A DNA stretch of 64,000 nucleotides from an uncultured Bacteroidota bacterium (GTDB lineage: Bacteria; Bacteroidota; Bacteroidia; Bacteroidales; WCHB1-69). Location: the NCBI GenBank assembly GCA_902770735.1, contig CACXUB010000005.1, forward strand, positions 5,639-69,638, given 5' to 3'. Of this stretch, positions 55,671 to 63,875 are shown one piece after another. Below the pieces are notes generated by a model. The model was not told where the DNA came from. It ran no database searches and saw only the letters and a list, made by a program, of their open reading frames with translations. The number at the start of each line of letters is the position of its first letter. Positions within the stretch are counted from its first letter, which is position 1. The translations under genes and the position numbers were made by a program.

Positions 55671-56351
55671 ATGGAAAACAAGGCCGGACAATTTTTGGAA
55701 CGATACCGCGAGATTGAGGAATGGGTGCTCAACAATCTGAATATCACTGAGATGAAGGATTTAGAGCAGATGCCGAAGTACAAAAGCATTCGCAGTAACC
55801 TGGCTTTTTGCAGGATGTTGCGCAATTTGTTGTCGCATTATGACTGGTCGAAGGCGGGCAACGACATGATCATCGTCACGGACCAAGCGATTCGGCAGGT
55901 CAACAACCTCTACTATTCGCTCAATCCGATGACGCTGATGCGCGTGGCCATCCGTGCGGGGCAGATTTTCGCTCCCTCGCCCGAAGATTCGGTGCTCGCC
56001 GCCGTGAAGGTGATGCAGCGCAACGACTATTCCTACATTCCCGTTGTGGAAAACCATCGGATTGTCGGGGTGTTCAGCACCAAGACCATCATGCGTTTGG
56101 TGGCGGAGAATAACGGAGTTAATATTTCGGAAACACTGAAATTCAAAGAGATAGCCGACCTTATCCAGTTGAAAGACGAGTCGAACGCCCACTACGGCTT
56201 CATAAACCCGAATATGACGGTGGAAGACATCAGCCTCAAGTTCCAGCGGTCGAAAACGCGCAGAATGCGTCTCGACATGCTGTTCATCACCGATAATGGC
56301 CGTTCGGACGGGTTGTTGCAAGGGATGGTAACGCCCGTGGACCTTTTGTAG
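55671..56351 (+). CDS. CBS-pair protein with N-terminal helical RNxxxH (HEPN-like) domain
   Basis: Start set to MENKAGQ (ATG 55671, 19 nt after the -7 box). N-terminal LAFCRMLRNLLSHY. Two CBS motifs (AVKVMQRNDYSYIPVVENHRIVGVFS; MLFITDNGRSDGLLQGMVTPVDLL). Confidence 0.75.
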   Translation: MENKAGQFLERYREIEEWVLNNLNITEMKDLEQMPKYKSIRSNLAFCRMLRNLLSHYDWSKAGNDMIIVTDQAIRQVNNLYYSLNPMTLMRVAIRAGQIFAPSPEDSVLAAVKVMQRNDYSYIPVVENHRIVGVFSTKTIMRLVAENNGVNISETLKFKEIADLIQLKDESNAHYGFINPNMTVEDISLKFQRSKTRRMRLDMLFITDNGRSDGLLQGMVTPVDLL

Positions 56352-56383
56352 TTAGTAGTTAGCAGTTAGTAGTTAGCAGTTTA
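56349..56383. repeat. heptamers TAGTTAG TAGTTAG CAGTTAG TAGTTAG CAGTTTA filling the whole spacer between convergent genes
   Basis: Runs from the stop TAG (56349-56351) of the CBS gene to the stop (tta 56381-56383) of queD. Confidence 0.9.
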
Positions 56384-56818
56384 TTCCTCCCAGTCAGCGT
56401 AGGAGGTGTCGGTTTCCCGCAAGCGGATTCGGGTAAGTTTCACTCTTTCAGAAAGTTTCGCTTTAAGTTTATCGGCGATAAAGTTCAGGAGATTTTCGGT
56501 GGTCGGTTGGAAGTCCACGATGACGATTTTCTCGTAATTTTGTTTCAACGCTTCGACAAGCTTTGCGTCGGTTTTGGCATTCAGCACCAAAGCGTGATCT
56601 AGCAAGGATATAATTTCCTCATTGACAAGCCGTTTCAAATCCCCGAAGTCCATCACCATACCGTTTTTGGGAGAAGACTCATCATGGAGCGGCTGGCCGG
56701 CGAGGGTGATGTCCATCTTGTAGGAATGGCCGTGGATGTTGCGGCACAGGCCGTCGTAGTTGCGCAGGGCATGTGCCATCTCGAAGGAGAATTGTTTTGT
56801 TATCTTGATGATACTCAT
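56381..56818 (-). CDS. queD: 6-carboxy-5,6,7,8-tetrahydropterin synthase
   Basis: FSFEMAHAL...CRNIHGHSY...MVMDFGDLK, typical of the PTPS/QueD family. 145 aa. Confidence 0.88.
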   Translation of the reverse strand: MSIIKITKQFSFEMAHALRNYDGLCRNIHGHSYKMDITLAGQPLHDESSPKNGMVMDFGDLKRLVNEEIISLLDHALVLNAKTDAKLVEALKQNYEKIVIVDFQPTTENLLNFIADKLKAKLSERVKLTRIRLRETDTSYADWEE

Positions 56819-57951
56819 TGTTTTACGAATTTATATGTTTGAATGTTATGCTCTGAAGAGACCTTTATCAGATATAATCCATTGGCTAAAGAGGAGATGT
56901 CCAGGGTGATGAGGTCAGAATCCTTGCTTTTAGCCGAAAAAAGAAGTTTTCCGGTTGAATCCATTACCTCAACGGTTGTTTGAAATATCTTAAAATCAGC
57001 GGATTGTATGTTGATGATGTCATTCGACGGATTGGGGAAGATGTTTATGGGCGTTGGGAATAGATGTTCTGATATGGAGACGTGGAAGGTGCTGTTGGTG
57101 TCGCTTCCGAAGATTTTCTCCGCGAGGTCGGGAAAGTCGATGAAGGGGTTCCGGTTGTGTTGGAGTTGATAGACGGCGTTGTTGCGGCTGATTTCTTTCT
57201 GGCTCACAGGGTCTTGAGCCGCCCATTGGAGCAGCAGTTGTTTCGCCCACGGCTTGAGGTTGCCCCCGCTGAAGTTGGATTGGGTCTCCACGCCGAGGTT
57301 TTTGTCCATGTAGCAGACCGCCATGTAGAAGTAGGCGCGGGCGAAATCGCCTTTGAAATCGTCGATGGGCTCGAACACTTGGCCGGAGTAGCCGGAGATG
57401 TTGGAGGTGCCCACTTTGCTGCCGTTGGTGCTGGTCCAGGTCGCGTTGGTCACCTTGCCGAAGGGCAGGTTGCTGCGTTTGGAGTTGACATAGCCGTCGG
57501 TGGGGATGAGGTGGAAGAGGTCGGTGTACATCGGGGCCACGCTGCCGCCGAACCAGCTTTTGGGCACGGAATGCTCTCGGTTGTAGCAGTCGCCTTCACC
57601 GGAGTAGCTGCCGCACTGGTCACTGCCGAAGGTGAAGTAGTAAGCCGGGGTTCCGCTGGGGCGGTCGGAGTACATGTCCCACACTTTGCCGTTGTCCGGT
57701 CGTTTGTCGGTGGTGGTGAAGGCATTCCACAAATTGTTGTAAGACAGCGTAGTATGGTTCTTGATGATGTTATGCATGGCTACCCGAAGGGCGTATCCGC
57801 TTTTGTTTTCCGCCGCGGCGTAGTAGCCTGCGGGGATTTGGGCGAAGGAAACGGTCGCGGCAAACAAGCAAAGCAGCAGAAGTGCCCTTTGCAGAGAGGA
57901 TATGCACATCGTCTCTTTGGCAGAAAATGGTATGTTTTTCATCTTATGCAT
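56815..57951 (-). CDS. endonuclease I family extracellular nuclease with T9SS C-terminal sorting domain
   Basis: YNREHSVPKSWF, DLFHLIPTDGYVNSKRSN, FEPIDDFKGDFARAYFYM. C-terminus NIFPNPSNDIINIQ...GLYLIKVSSEHNIQTYKFVKQ. Confidence 0.85.
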   Translation of the reverse strand: MHKMKNIPFSAKETMCISSLQRALLLLCLFAATVSFAQIPAGYYAAAENKSGYALRVAMHNIIKNHTTLSYNNLWNAFTTTDKRPDNGKVWDMYSDRPSGTPAYYFTFGSDQCGSYSGEGDCYNREHSVPKSWFGGSVAPMYTDLFHLIPTDGYVNSKRSNLPFGKVTNATWTSTNGSKVGTSNISGYSGQVFEPIDDFKGDFARAYFYMAVCYMDKNLGVETQSNFSGGNLKPWAKQLLLQWAAQDPVSQKEISRNNAVYQLQHNRNPFIDFPDLAEKIFGSDTNSTFHVSISEHLFPTPINIFPNPSNDIINIQSADFKIFQTTVEVMDSTGKLLFSAKSKDSDLITLDISSLANGLYLIKVSSEHNIQTYKFVKQ

Positions 57952-58972
57952 GGGTGATTTTGTAAATCATCTCTTTCAGAAGATCTCCGTCGTTTTTGGT
58001 AGCATCCACCCCTTTTGATTTCAAATCGTATTCCCGGAGTATGGAGATGATGCGCATCAACTGTGGCAGCGAATGGTTGTTGGCGAAGCCCACGTTGCGG
58101 GCGATGAGGTTGTCGAATTTGGTTCCGAAAACAGTCTGGAGACCTTCTTTGCTTTTGTCGGCGGAGAGATGGTAGCGAATCATTTTGTTGTAGAAATTGA
58201 ACAGCATCAAAATGGTCTTGACATTCGGGTTTTCCTTCTGGTGCATGGTGAAATTGAGCATGATATTGTACGCTTTCGGGATGTTGCGGCTGCCCAAAGC
58301 GTCTTGAAGCTCAAAAATGTTGTATTCCTTGCTGATCCCGATGTATTTTTCCACCGTGTCAGGAGTGATTTCGCTCCCGGCGGGCAGCATCACCTGGAGT
58401 TTTTGGAATTCGGTGTAAATGCGGGACAAGTCGTTGCCGATGTGTTCGCTGAGCAGTTCGGCAGTCTGCGGCCCCAGCTTGTAGTTGAACGATTTGGTGG
58501 CGAGATCCATAATCCAGCCTCTCAGGTTGTAGTCTTTCACCCCGACGGATTCGAAGACAACGCCGTTTTTGGTGCACGCTTTCAGAGCCGCGCCTTTCAG
58601 TTTGCCGTATTTGTGGCAGATGACCAGAACGGATTGCGGACTCGGGTTTTCCAAGTAAGCGTCTAATTTTTCGATGCCTTTCAGATCTTTGGCTTCTTTG
58701 AGGATGACCACACGGTAAGGGCTGCCGAAGGGGAACTGCTTGGCGTTGGCCACCACCATGTCCACCTCCGTGTCTTTGCCGTACACGACCACCTGGTTGA
58801 AGTCGCGCTCTTCAGGCTCGAGGATGCCCTCCTCGAACATCTTGGCGAGGCGGTCGATGAAAAACGGTTCCTCCCCATGCAACAGATAGATAGGAGCAAA
58901 CTTCTTCGACTGGATTTGCGCCACGATGTCCTCGAATTTGGCTGTTTTTGCTGAACTCTCTTTTTTTGCCAT
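57944..58972 (-). CDS. holA: DNA polymerase III subunit delta
   Basis: 342 aa. FAPIYLLHGEEPFFID, FPFGSPYRVVILKEA, C-terminal helical domain. Size and pattern fit HolA. Confidence 0.85.
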   Translation of the reverse strand: MAKKESSAKTAKFEDIVAQIQSKKFAPIYLLHGEEPFFIDRLAKMFEEGILEPEERDFNQVVVYGKDTEVDMVVANAKQFPFGSPYRVVILKEAKDLKGIEKLDAYLENPSPQSVLVICHKYGKLKGAALKACTKNGVVFESVGVKDYNLRGWIMDLATKSFNYKLGPQTAELLSEHIGNDLSRIYTEFQKLQVMLPAGSEITPDTVEKYIGISKEYNIFELQDALGSRNIPKAYNIMLNFTMHQKENPNVKTILMLFNFYNKMIRYHLSADKSKEGLQTVFGTKFDNLIARNVGFANNHSLPQLMRIISILREYDLKSKGVDATKNDGDLLKEMIYKITHA

Positions 58973-58984
58973 AGTTGGTTTTTG

Positions 58985-59114
58985 ATCATAGGGTTGCCGC
59001 CCTGGATCATAGGGCTATCGCCCTATGTTGACACGAATCATAGGGCTATCGCCCTGAGTTGACATAAATCATAGGGCTATCGCCCTATGTTGACACGTGT
59101 CGGGCTTGCAGCCC
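58985..59114 (-). repeat. 3.5 tandem ~31-bp units (ATCATAGGGCTATCGCCCTATGTTGACACGA) ending in the GTTGACACGTGTCGGGCTTGCAGCCC module
   Basis: Each unit contains the hairpin TAGGGC-TATC-GCCCTA. The terminal 26 nt are the exact reverse complement of 4679-4704. Confidence 0.9.
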
Positions 59115-59137
59115 TTTTGGAATAAGTTTTATTAGAA

Positions 59138-59407
59138 TTAGAAATAGTGTTCCGCCACTTGGAAAATCACCTTTTCGTCGGGTTCGTACAGCCCTTTTTC
59201 ATTAGTGAGGATGAAATCGGCGATATTGTGCCGGCGGTATCCTTCTGGAATCTTGCTCGGGCTGTCGAGGATGATGTCGAAGGTTTCAGGATGGATGCCC
59301 ACTTCCAAATCGGTGGCGTAGCTGGTGAAATGGTGCAAAAAATCGTCAACTTTATCCACTAAAGCGTTGCCGAGGGCTCCGGCTGTCTTTATTTTCTGTT
59401 CGTTCAT
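59138..59407 (-). CDS. hypothetical small protein
   Basis: 89 aa, ATG start, -7 box 23 nt upstream. No family recognised. Confidence 0.5.
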   Translation of the reverse strand: MNEQKIKTAGALGNALVDKVDDFLHHFTSYATDLEVGIHPETFDIILDSPSKIPEGYRRHNIADFILTNEKGLYEPDEKVIFQVAEHYF

Positions 59408-59429
59408 ACTTTATATATTTTTCAGGGCG

Positions 59430-59437
59430 CAAAGATA
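59430..59437 (-). promoter_or_regulatory. -7 box TATCTTTG for 59138..59407
   Basis: Exact match on the minus strand, 23 nt upstream of the start. Confidence 0.6.
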
Positions 59438-59480
59438 CTATTTTTCAAGGCGTGCAATGCCGGCATGTTCTAAAAAAAAT

Positions 59481-59488
59481 TATCTTTG
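59481..59488 (+). promoter_or_regulatory. -7 box TATCTTTG for sodB
   Basis: Exact match, 34 nt upstream of ATG 59522. Confidence 0.65.
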
Positions 59489-59521
59489 CCAAACTGTTTT
59501 TCATCCAAAAAACTTTGCAAT

Positions 59522-60103
59522 ATGGGAAAATTTGAATTGATTACGCTGCCTTATGCGGCAAACGCCTTGGAACCGGTGATTTCGGAACAAACTATCGGCT
59601 TTCACCACGGCAAACATCTGCAAGGATATGTCAACAACCTGAATGCGGCCGTCGAAGGCACACCGTTCGCGGACAAGGATTTGGTGGAGATCGTGAAGAC
59701 GGCCTACGGCGGGATGCTCAACAACGCCGGCCAGATTCTGAACCACAACCTCTATTTCCAGCAATTCCGCAGTCCGCTGGCCGACAACAAACCCACGGGT
59801 GCGCTTGCGGAAGCCATCGACGCGCAGTTCGGCTCTTTCGAGGAGTTCCAGAAGGTGTTCGTGCAGGCGGGCGCCACGCTGTTCGGCTCCGGCTGGGTGT
59901 GGCTCTCCGCCGACGCTGACGGCAAGTTGGTGATCACACAGGAGACCAACGCGGCCAACCCAGTACAGAAGGGACTTTGTCCGCTGCTGACCTTCGATGT
60001 GTGGGAACACGCCTACTATCTGGATTACCAGAACCGCCGTCCCGACCACCTCAACGCGTTGTGGCAGATCGTGGACTGGAATGTGGTGGCAGGAAGGTTT
60101 TAG
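59522..60103 (+). CDS. sodB: Fe/Mn superoxide dismutase
   Basis: LPYAANALEPVISEQTIGFHHGKHLQGYVNNLN, DVWEHAYYLDYQNRRPD. Start set to ATG 59522, 34 nt after the -7 box. Confidence 0.93.
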   Translation: MGKFELITLPYAANALEPVISEQTIGFHHGKHLQGYVNNLNAAVEGTPFADKDLVEIVKTAYGGMLNNAGQILNHNLYFQQFRSPLADNKPTGALAEAIDAQFGSFEEFQKVFVQAGATLFGSGWVWLSADADGKLVITQETNAANPVQKGLCPLLTFDVWEHAYYLDYQNRRPDHLNALWQIVDWNVVAGRF

Positions 60104-60142
60104 CTTTTAGCTTTTAGCTGTTGGCTGTTGGCTGTTGGCTGA
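60101..60142. repeat. heptamers TAGCTTT x2, TAGCTGT, TGGCTGT x2, TGGCTGA filling the whole spacer between convergent genes
   Basis: Runs from the sodB stop TAG (60101-60103) to the stop of the DRWG gene (60143-60145). Confidence 0.9.
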
Positions 60143-60577
60143 TTACATCAGCACGATGCATGCAATCTGCCACCTGTCGGGAATGAAATCGAAGTAATAG
60201 ACGGGGGTGCCCCAACGGTCTTTTTGGCGGAGCGTTTGTCCGTCGAGGTAGAAGAGCGGGGTGCCCCAGCGGTCTTTCTGCCGGATGGTCTGTCCGTCGA
60301 AATAAATCAACGGATCCCCCCAACGGTCTTTCATCCTGACCGTTTGCCCGTCAATGTAGAGCAGGGGTTGTCCCCAGCGGTCTTTCTGTCGCACCTGTTG
60401 GGTGGCTTCGTCGTACCAGAGCAGCTGCTCGCCCCATTTGTCTTTCTGGCGGATGGTGTTTTCCGTCATGTAGTAGAGTTTGGTGCCCCAACGGTCTTTC
60501 TGATAGACGGTTTGGGCGTGACCCGCAACGGTGAGGCATACCGTAATCAAGCAGAGTATGGCGATTTGTTTCATCAT
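60143..60577 (-). CDS. secreted tandem-repeat protein (seven ~20-aa DRWG repeats)
   Basis: Signal peptide MMKQIAILCLITVCLTVAGHAQ, followed by the repeated unit (D)GQT(I/V/L)RQKDRWG(T/D/Q)PL(L/I/F)Y. The -7 box lies only 5 nt from ATG 60577. Confidence 0.7.
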   Translation of the reverse strand: MMKQIAILCLITVCLTVAGHAQTVYQKDRWGTKLYYMTENTIRQKDKWGEQLLWYDEATQQVRQKDRWGQPLLYIDGQTVRMKDRWGDPLIYFDGQTIRQKDRWGTPLFYLDGQTLRQKDRWGTPVYYFDFIPDRWQIACIVLM

Positions 60578-60581
60578 GTGG

Positions 60582-60589
60582 CAAAAATA
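60582..60589 (-). promoter_or_regulatory. -7 box TATTTTTG for the DRWG-repeat gene (leaderless-type spacing)
   Basis: Exact match on the minus strand. Its G is only 5 nt from ATG 60577. Confidence 0.55.
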
Positions 60590-60622
60590 CAATTTTTAGC
60601 AGATGGTCTCCTGAAAAAAGCC

Positions 60623-62101
60623 TTATCGGCTTACAATTCTTCGTGTCACGGAGCCTTCCTTCATCTCGCAGACAATGAGGAACACGCCACGACCGGGCAG
60701 TGTCAGCTCAATGGTCTCCGTTTCCGGCTTGATTTCCTGCAACAGGGCGCCATCTATCGAGAAAAGCCTCATCATGCTGGGGATTTCGCGATCGAAATGC
60801 ACCGTGCATTGTCTTTGCGCCGGGTTGGGATAGATCAGCAACCGGTCGTTCGTGAAGGTTTGTATTCCGGTGCTGTCCACGGGATCGATGGGCGGGGCGG
60901 GCGGCACGAGCGTGTCGGTGTGGAACGACATCATAGCCCATTCGCCGAAGAGGTCTGTGTCGCACACGCAGCGCACATAGACGTCGTAGTGGGTGTCGGG
61001 CTGCAGGTCGGAAATGTGCAGGAAGCTCTCGGTGATGCCGACAGTTGTGCCGGTGCCTTGAGAGAAACCTTGCACGCCGTATTCCGCCTCGAAGTGGTCG
61101 GGTTCGCCCTCAAAAGACCAACCTATCGTGGCGGCCATGGTGTCCACTTCGATGAGGTGCAGGTTGAAGACGGCGCTGCAGGTGTCTTCGGGGATGGTCG
61201 GTTGTTGCGCCCAGAGCTGCAGATTGTCGAGATAGAGGGCGGAGCCTTGCTGCGGGTAGGGATTGGCGGACGAGAGAAGGAGTATGACGATGGAATCGGC
61301 CTCCACGTAAGGGTAGGCGGGGTTTATTTCGGAAATGGGAGAATAGGCTATTTCGAACGGGGTATAGTCGGTAGTGTCGGTCAGGGCCGTGGTGAACCCC
61401 GCGCCCACCACTTCGCGACGGTGCGTCACAGTGTTGTATTTGGTGCCGAGCAGCACCACACAACCATTGTCCCCGCCGACGGCCGAGGTGTATTTGTAAG
61501 AGCCGGTCAGCCTCTCGGGCACAGCACCCTCCAATGCGACACCTCCGTCGATGATCGTGTTGATGTCCACATTCGCGAAGACGGAAATCAGCTGATTCAT
61601 GTTGCCGAGGTGGGTGACGATAATGTCCATCATGGGCAACAGCTGGTCGATGTCAATCACGCCGGTGGAAAGGACGGTGGGGAAGACGGTGGTGGTCAGC
61701 ATGGGGTCCAGCGAGGACGAGGCGAGACTATAGACCGTGGAGCTGATGATGTCGGAGAGCATGAAACTCTGCAATTTGAGCGCGTGGCCGCCTTCCGGGA
61801 CCCCGCTGGTCTCGTTGGAGACTTTCAGCAGCGGGAGATCGGTGTTCACATTCACGTTTATGCCACTGTACGTGATGCTTTCATTCACCGGATAGGTCGG
61901 ATAGTCCCATCCTGTGGGATAGGGGTAGCTGCTATAGACAGACAAGGGGAAGAAGAGGACGGTGACGCTGTAGCCACTGCCGGTGGACCACTCTTCGAAA
62001 CTGGGGTTCGGAATGGCGATGGTGCTGTCTTGGGTTTGGGCTGTGGAGTTCAGCGAGAGAAGCATACAAAATGCCAACAGTAAAACGGAAATGTGTTTCA
62101 T
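60623..62101 (-). CDS. T9SS C-terminal-sorting-domain protein with fibronectin-III-like module
   Basis: Start set to MKHISVLLLAFCMLLSLNSTAQ (ATG 62101). FN3-like IGWSFEGEPDHFEAEYGVQGF...HYDVYVRCVC. C-terminus LLIYPNPAQRQCTVHF...GVFLIVCEMKEGSVTRRIV. Confidence 0.8.
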   Translation of the reverse strand: MKHISVLLLAFCMLLSLNSTAQTQDSTIAIPNPSFEEWSTGSGYSVTVLFFPLSVYSSYPYPTGWDYPTYPVNESITYSGINVNVNTDLPLLKVSNETSGVPEGGHALKLQSFMLSDIISSTVYSLASSSLDPMLTTTVFPTVLSTGVIDIDQLLPMMDIIVTHLGNMNQLISVFANVDINTIIDGGVALEGAVPERLTGSYKYTSAVGGDNGCVVLLGTKYNTVTHRREVVGAGFTTALTDTTDYTPFEIAYSPISEINPAYPYVEADSIVILLLSSANPYPQQGSALYLDNLQLWAQQPTIPEDTCSAVFNLHLIEVDTMAATIGWSFEGEPDHFEAEYGVQGFSQGTGTTVGITESFLHISDLQPDTHYDVYVRCVCDTDLFGEWAMMSFHTDTLVPPAPPIDPVDSTGIQTFTNDRLLIYPNPAQRQCTVHFDREIPSMMRLFSIDGALLQEIKPETETIELTLPGRGVFLIVCEMKEGSVTRRIVSR

Positions 62102-62122
62102 TTTTATTAGTTTTTGAAAATG

Positions 62123-62130
62123 CAAAAATA
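62123..62130 (-). promoter_or_regulatory. -7 box TATTTTTG for T9SS FN3 protein 60623..62101
   Basis: Exact match on the minus strand, 22 nt upstream of ATG 62101. Confidence 0.65.
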
Positions 62131-62139
62131 AAAAAAAAC

Positions 62140-62185
62140 ACAAACAGCAAAACAAAAAAACGCCGCACTCTTGCGAATGCGGCGT
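62140..62185 (-). terminator. intrinsic terminator after hsp20
   Basis: ACGCCGCA(62160-62167)/TGCGGCGT(62178-62185) perfect 8-bp stem. On the minus strand it is followed by a U-rich run (plus-strand A-run 62140-62160). Confidence 0.7.
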
Positions 62186-62210
62186 GAAATCATTGGCTTT
62201 GATTGAAAAA

Positions 62211-62636
62211 TTACCCGATGGCGATGGTGCGGGCGATTTTGGGCTCCTCTTTCTGCACTCTCGGCAGGATGATGGTGAGGATTCCGTGCTCCACTTTGGC
62301 TTCGATGTGGTCTTTGTCCACGTCCTCGGGCAGGGTGTAGTTCTGCTCGTAGTTCGTGTAGGAGAACTCGCGGCGCAGATAGTGGTGCTTTTTCTCCTCT
62401 TCCTTGTGTTCCATCTTGTTCTCGATGGCGACGCAGAGGTTGCCTTCGTCGTTGATGCTCACGCGGCAGTATTCCTTCTTGATGCCGGGGGCGGCCACTT
62501 CCATCGTGTAGGCCTTTTCGTCTTCTCTAACATTCACGGCCGGAGCTGTGGTGTTGGTGCGCGGCATGATGTCGCTGTTCAAGAAATCTTCAAACATGGT
62601 CGGAAACCAACTGTTTTTAAACATTACTGGTAGCAT
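62211..62636 (-). CDS. Hsp20/alpha-crystallin family small heat-shock protein
   Basis: PAVNVREDEKAYTMEVAAPGIKKEY...REFSYTNYEQNYTLPEDVDKDHIEAKVEHGILTIILPR. Confidence 0.9.
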   Translation of the reverse strand: MLPVMFKNSWFPTMFEDFLNSDIMPRTNTTAPAVNVREDEKAYTMEVAAPGIKKEYCRVSINDEGNLCVAIENKMEHKEEEKKHHYLRREFSYTNYEQNYTLPEDVDKDHIEAKVEHGILTIILPRVQKEEPKIARTIAIG

Positions 62637-62724
62637 AATGAACTCCTTTCTTTTATTGTTAGACTTTTTATTGTTTTTTCTTTTTCTGTCGCCTCCGCTC
62701 TCGCATCGGCGACGCTACCTATAA

Positions 62725-62740
62725 TGCAAACCGCGTGCCA
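62725..62740 (-). promoter_or_regulatory. sigma-54 (RpoN) -24/-12 promoter TGGCACGCGGTTTGCA upstream of hsp20
   Basis: The minus strand reads TGGCACG-CGGT-TTGCA, a full match to the TGGCACG-N4-TTGCW consensus, ~90 nt upstream of ATG 62636. No TAnnTTTG box is present for this gene. Confidence 0.55.
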
Positions 62741-62772
62741 ACAAATTATTTTCAAATATTTTTATCTTTACT

Positions 62773-62814
62773 GACAAATTGTCCGTTTTTTGGGGACAAA
62801 TTGGCGGAATTTGT
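62773..62814 (-). promoter_or_regulatory. two palindromes upstream of the sigma-54 promoter (candidate enhancer-binding-protein sites)
   Basis: GACAA-A-TTGTC (62773-62783) and ACAAATT-GGCGG-AATTTGT (62796-62814), 33-75 bp upstream of the -24 element. Confidence 0.35.
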
Positions 62815-62872
62815 GCCAAAATTTCCATCATTTCTTTTTATTTGAGCTTTCCGGTCCAGGAGGCGTCGGCCC

Positions 62873-63430
62873 CTACACCATCATCGCCAAAAATGCAGTG
62901 GCGTCCCCCAAAATCTTTTTGTCAGTGGAATATTCCGTTTTCGACAATGTTTCCATGTTGTTTTTAATCAGCATACACGCTGTATTATACAAGTCTTTGT
63001 GTTGTTCCCAGAAATCAGCATTTATTTGTAAAACGGCATTAAGCAGATCGCCTTCGTAAAAACCTCCGTCCGCTTTGATGTCGAACTGAAGGATTTCGAA
63101 CACTTTTGGCAGGATGATGTCCAATGCTGTCTCTTGTCCAACTAAATATCGGTAGTCTTCCACCGTCCAGCGTCGGGCTGGCGTGTGGAACAGGTAATAC
63201 ATGTGCTGGACGACGGAAGAATCATCGTATGGGATTTCGTCTCGCCACTCACAATGAAGCAGGTCGGAAAGCGTTTGGGAGAAAAAGTTGCGGTCCTCTT
63301 TCAGAATGCGCTGAACGTATTCGATGTCGGCATCAGTCACCTCGGAACGTCCAATAGGGACAGGAGATTTGGTTCGCTCGGCGTGAATCTCTTCCGTGAC
63401 GTATCGAGGTGTCTTCTTTAGCTTTTTCAT
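62873..63430 (-). CDS. contact-dependent-growth-inhibition-type immunity protein-like (CdiI_2-like), N-terminally extended
   Basis: C-terminal part EDYRYLVGQETALDIILPKVFEILQFDIKADGGFYEGDLLNAVLQINADFWEQH matches the pattern I remember for this immunity family (EDLR-x-LIGQ...AEGDYYEGDLL-x-VL...W). Confidence 0.55.
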   Translation of the reverse strand: MKKLKKTPRYVTEEIHAERTKSPVPIGRSEVTDADIEYVQRILKEDRNFFSQTLSDLLHCEWRDEIPYDDSSVVQHMYYLFHTPARRWTVEDYRYLVGQETALDIILPKVFEILQFDIKADGGFYEGDLLNAVLQINADFWEQHKDLYNTACMLIKNNMETLSKTEYSTDKKILGDATAFLAMMV

Positions 63431-63445
63431 ATTTTGGATTGCAAT

Positions 63446-63838
63446 TTACTTTTTTTCTATGCACAAAATATTAAAAGTTTGTGGCTGGTCAAAGCAATTA
63501 TGATAATTCCCGCTCAATGCTACATTTACATTTTGTAAATTGTATTTCTTGAACGTGTTGCGAACACCTGCAATTAGATAACATAAATCGCCATTGTAAG
63601 GGTTGATGTCCTTATTTAACGCCTTTTCTATTTCTTCTTGAGAAGGATTCCCTGGCAAAATTAAAGCGGGGACTTTATATTGACTAACACCACCAAGAAT
63701 AAGGGGATCATCATAAATTATTAAAACACCAGAAAGATTGATGGATTTTTCAATACAATCACATTTATTGTGTTTGGTACAGCCTACTTGGAATAGCAGG
63801 AGTGTAAAAAGGGCGATGCTGAAAACTATCTTTCTCAT
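63446..63838 (-). CDS. hypothetical small lipoprotein (AT-rich gene)
   Basis: Start set to MRKIVFSIALFTLLLFQVGC (lipobox; ATG 63838, 30 nt after the -7 box). The track N-terminus overlaps the promoter. Confidence 0.55.
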   Translation of the reverse strand: MRKIVFSIALFTLLLFQVGCTKHNKCDCIEKSINLSGVLIIYDDPLILGGVSQYKVPALILPGNPSQEEIEKALNKDINPYNGDLCYLIAGVRNTFKKYNLQNVNVALSGNYHNCFDQPQTFNILCIEKK

Positions 63839-63867
63839 AACTTGTTTGCTATAAATTATTAACGCTG

Positions 63868-63875
63868 CAAAGATA
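63868..63875 (-). promoter_or_regulatory. -7 box TATCTTTG for the lipoprotein/immunity-like gene pair
   Basis: Exact match on the minus strand, 30 nt upstream of ATG 63838. Confidence 0.6.

Noticed and set aside
58985-59114. A regularly spaced ~31-bp repeat array that could be mistaken for a small CRISPR array
   Set aside because: The units are contiguous tandem copies with no unique spacers between them. No cas genes are present, and the array terminates in a module shared with other intergenic hairpin repeats.
60224-62083. 619-aa plus-strand ORF
   Set aside because: It is antisense to the DRWG-repeat gene and the T9SS FN3 protein, and shows a G/V/R/H-rich composition typical of shadow frames. 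The minus-strand genes have a signal peptide, an FN3-like module and a T9SS C-terminal domain.
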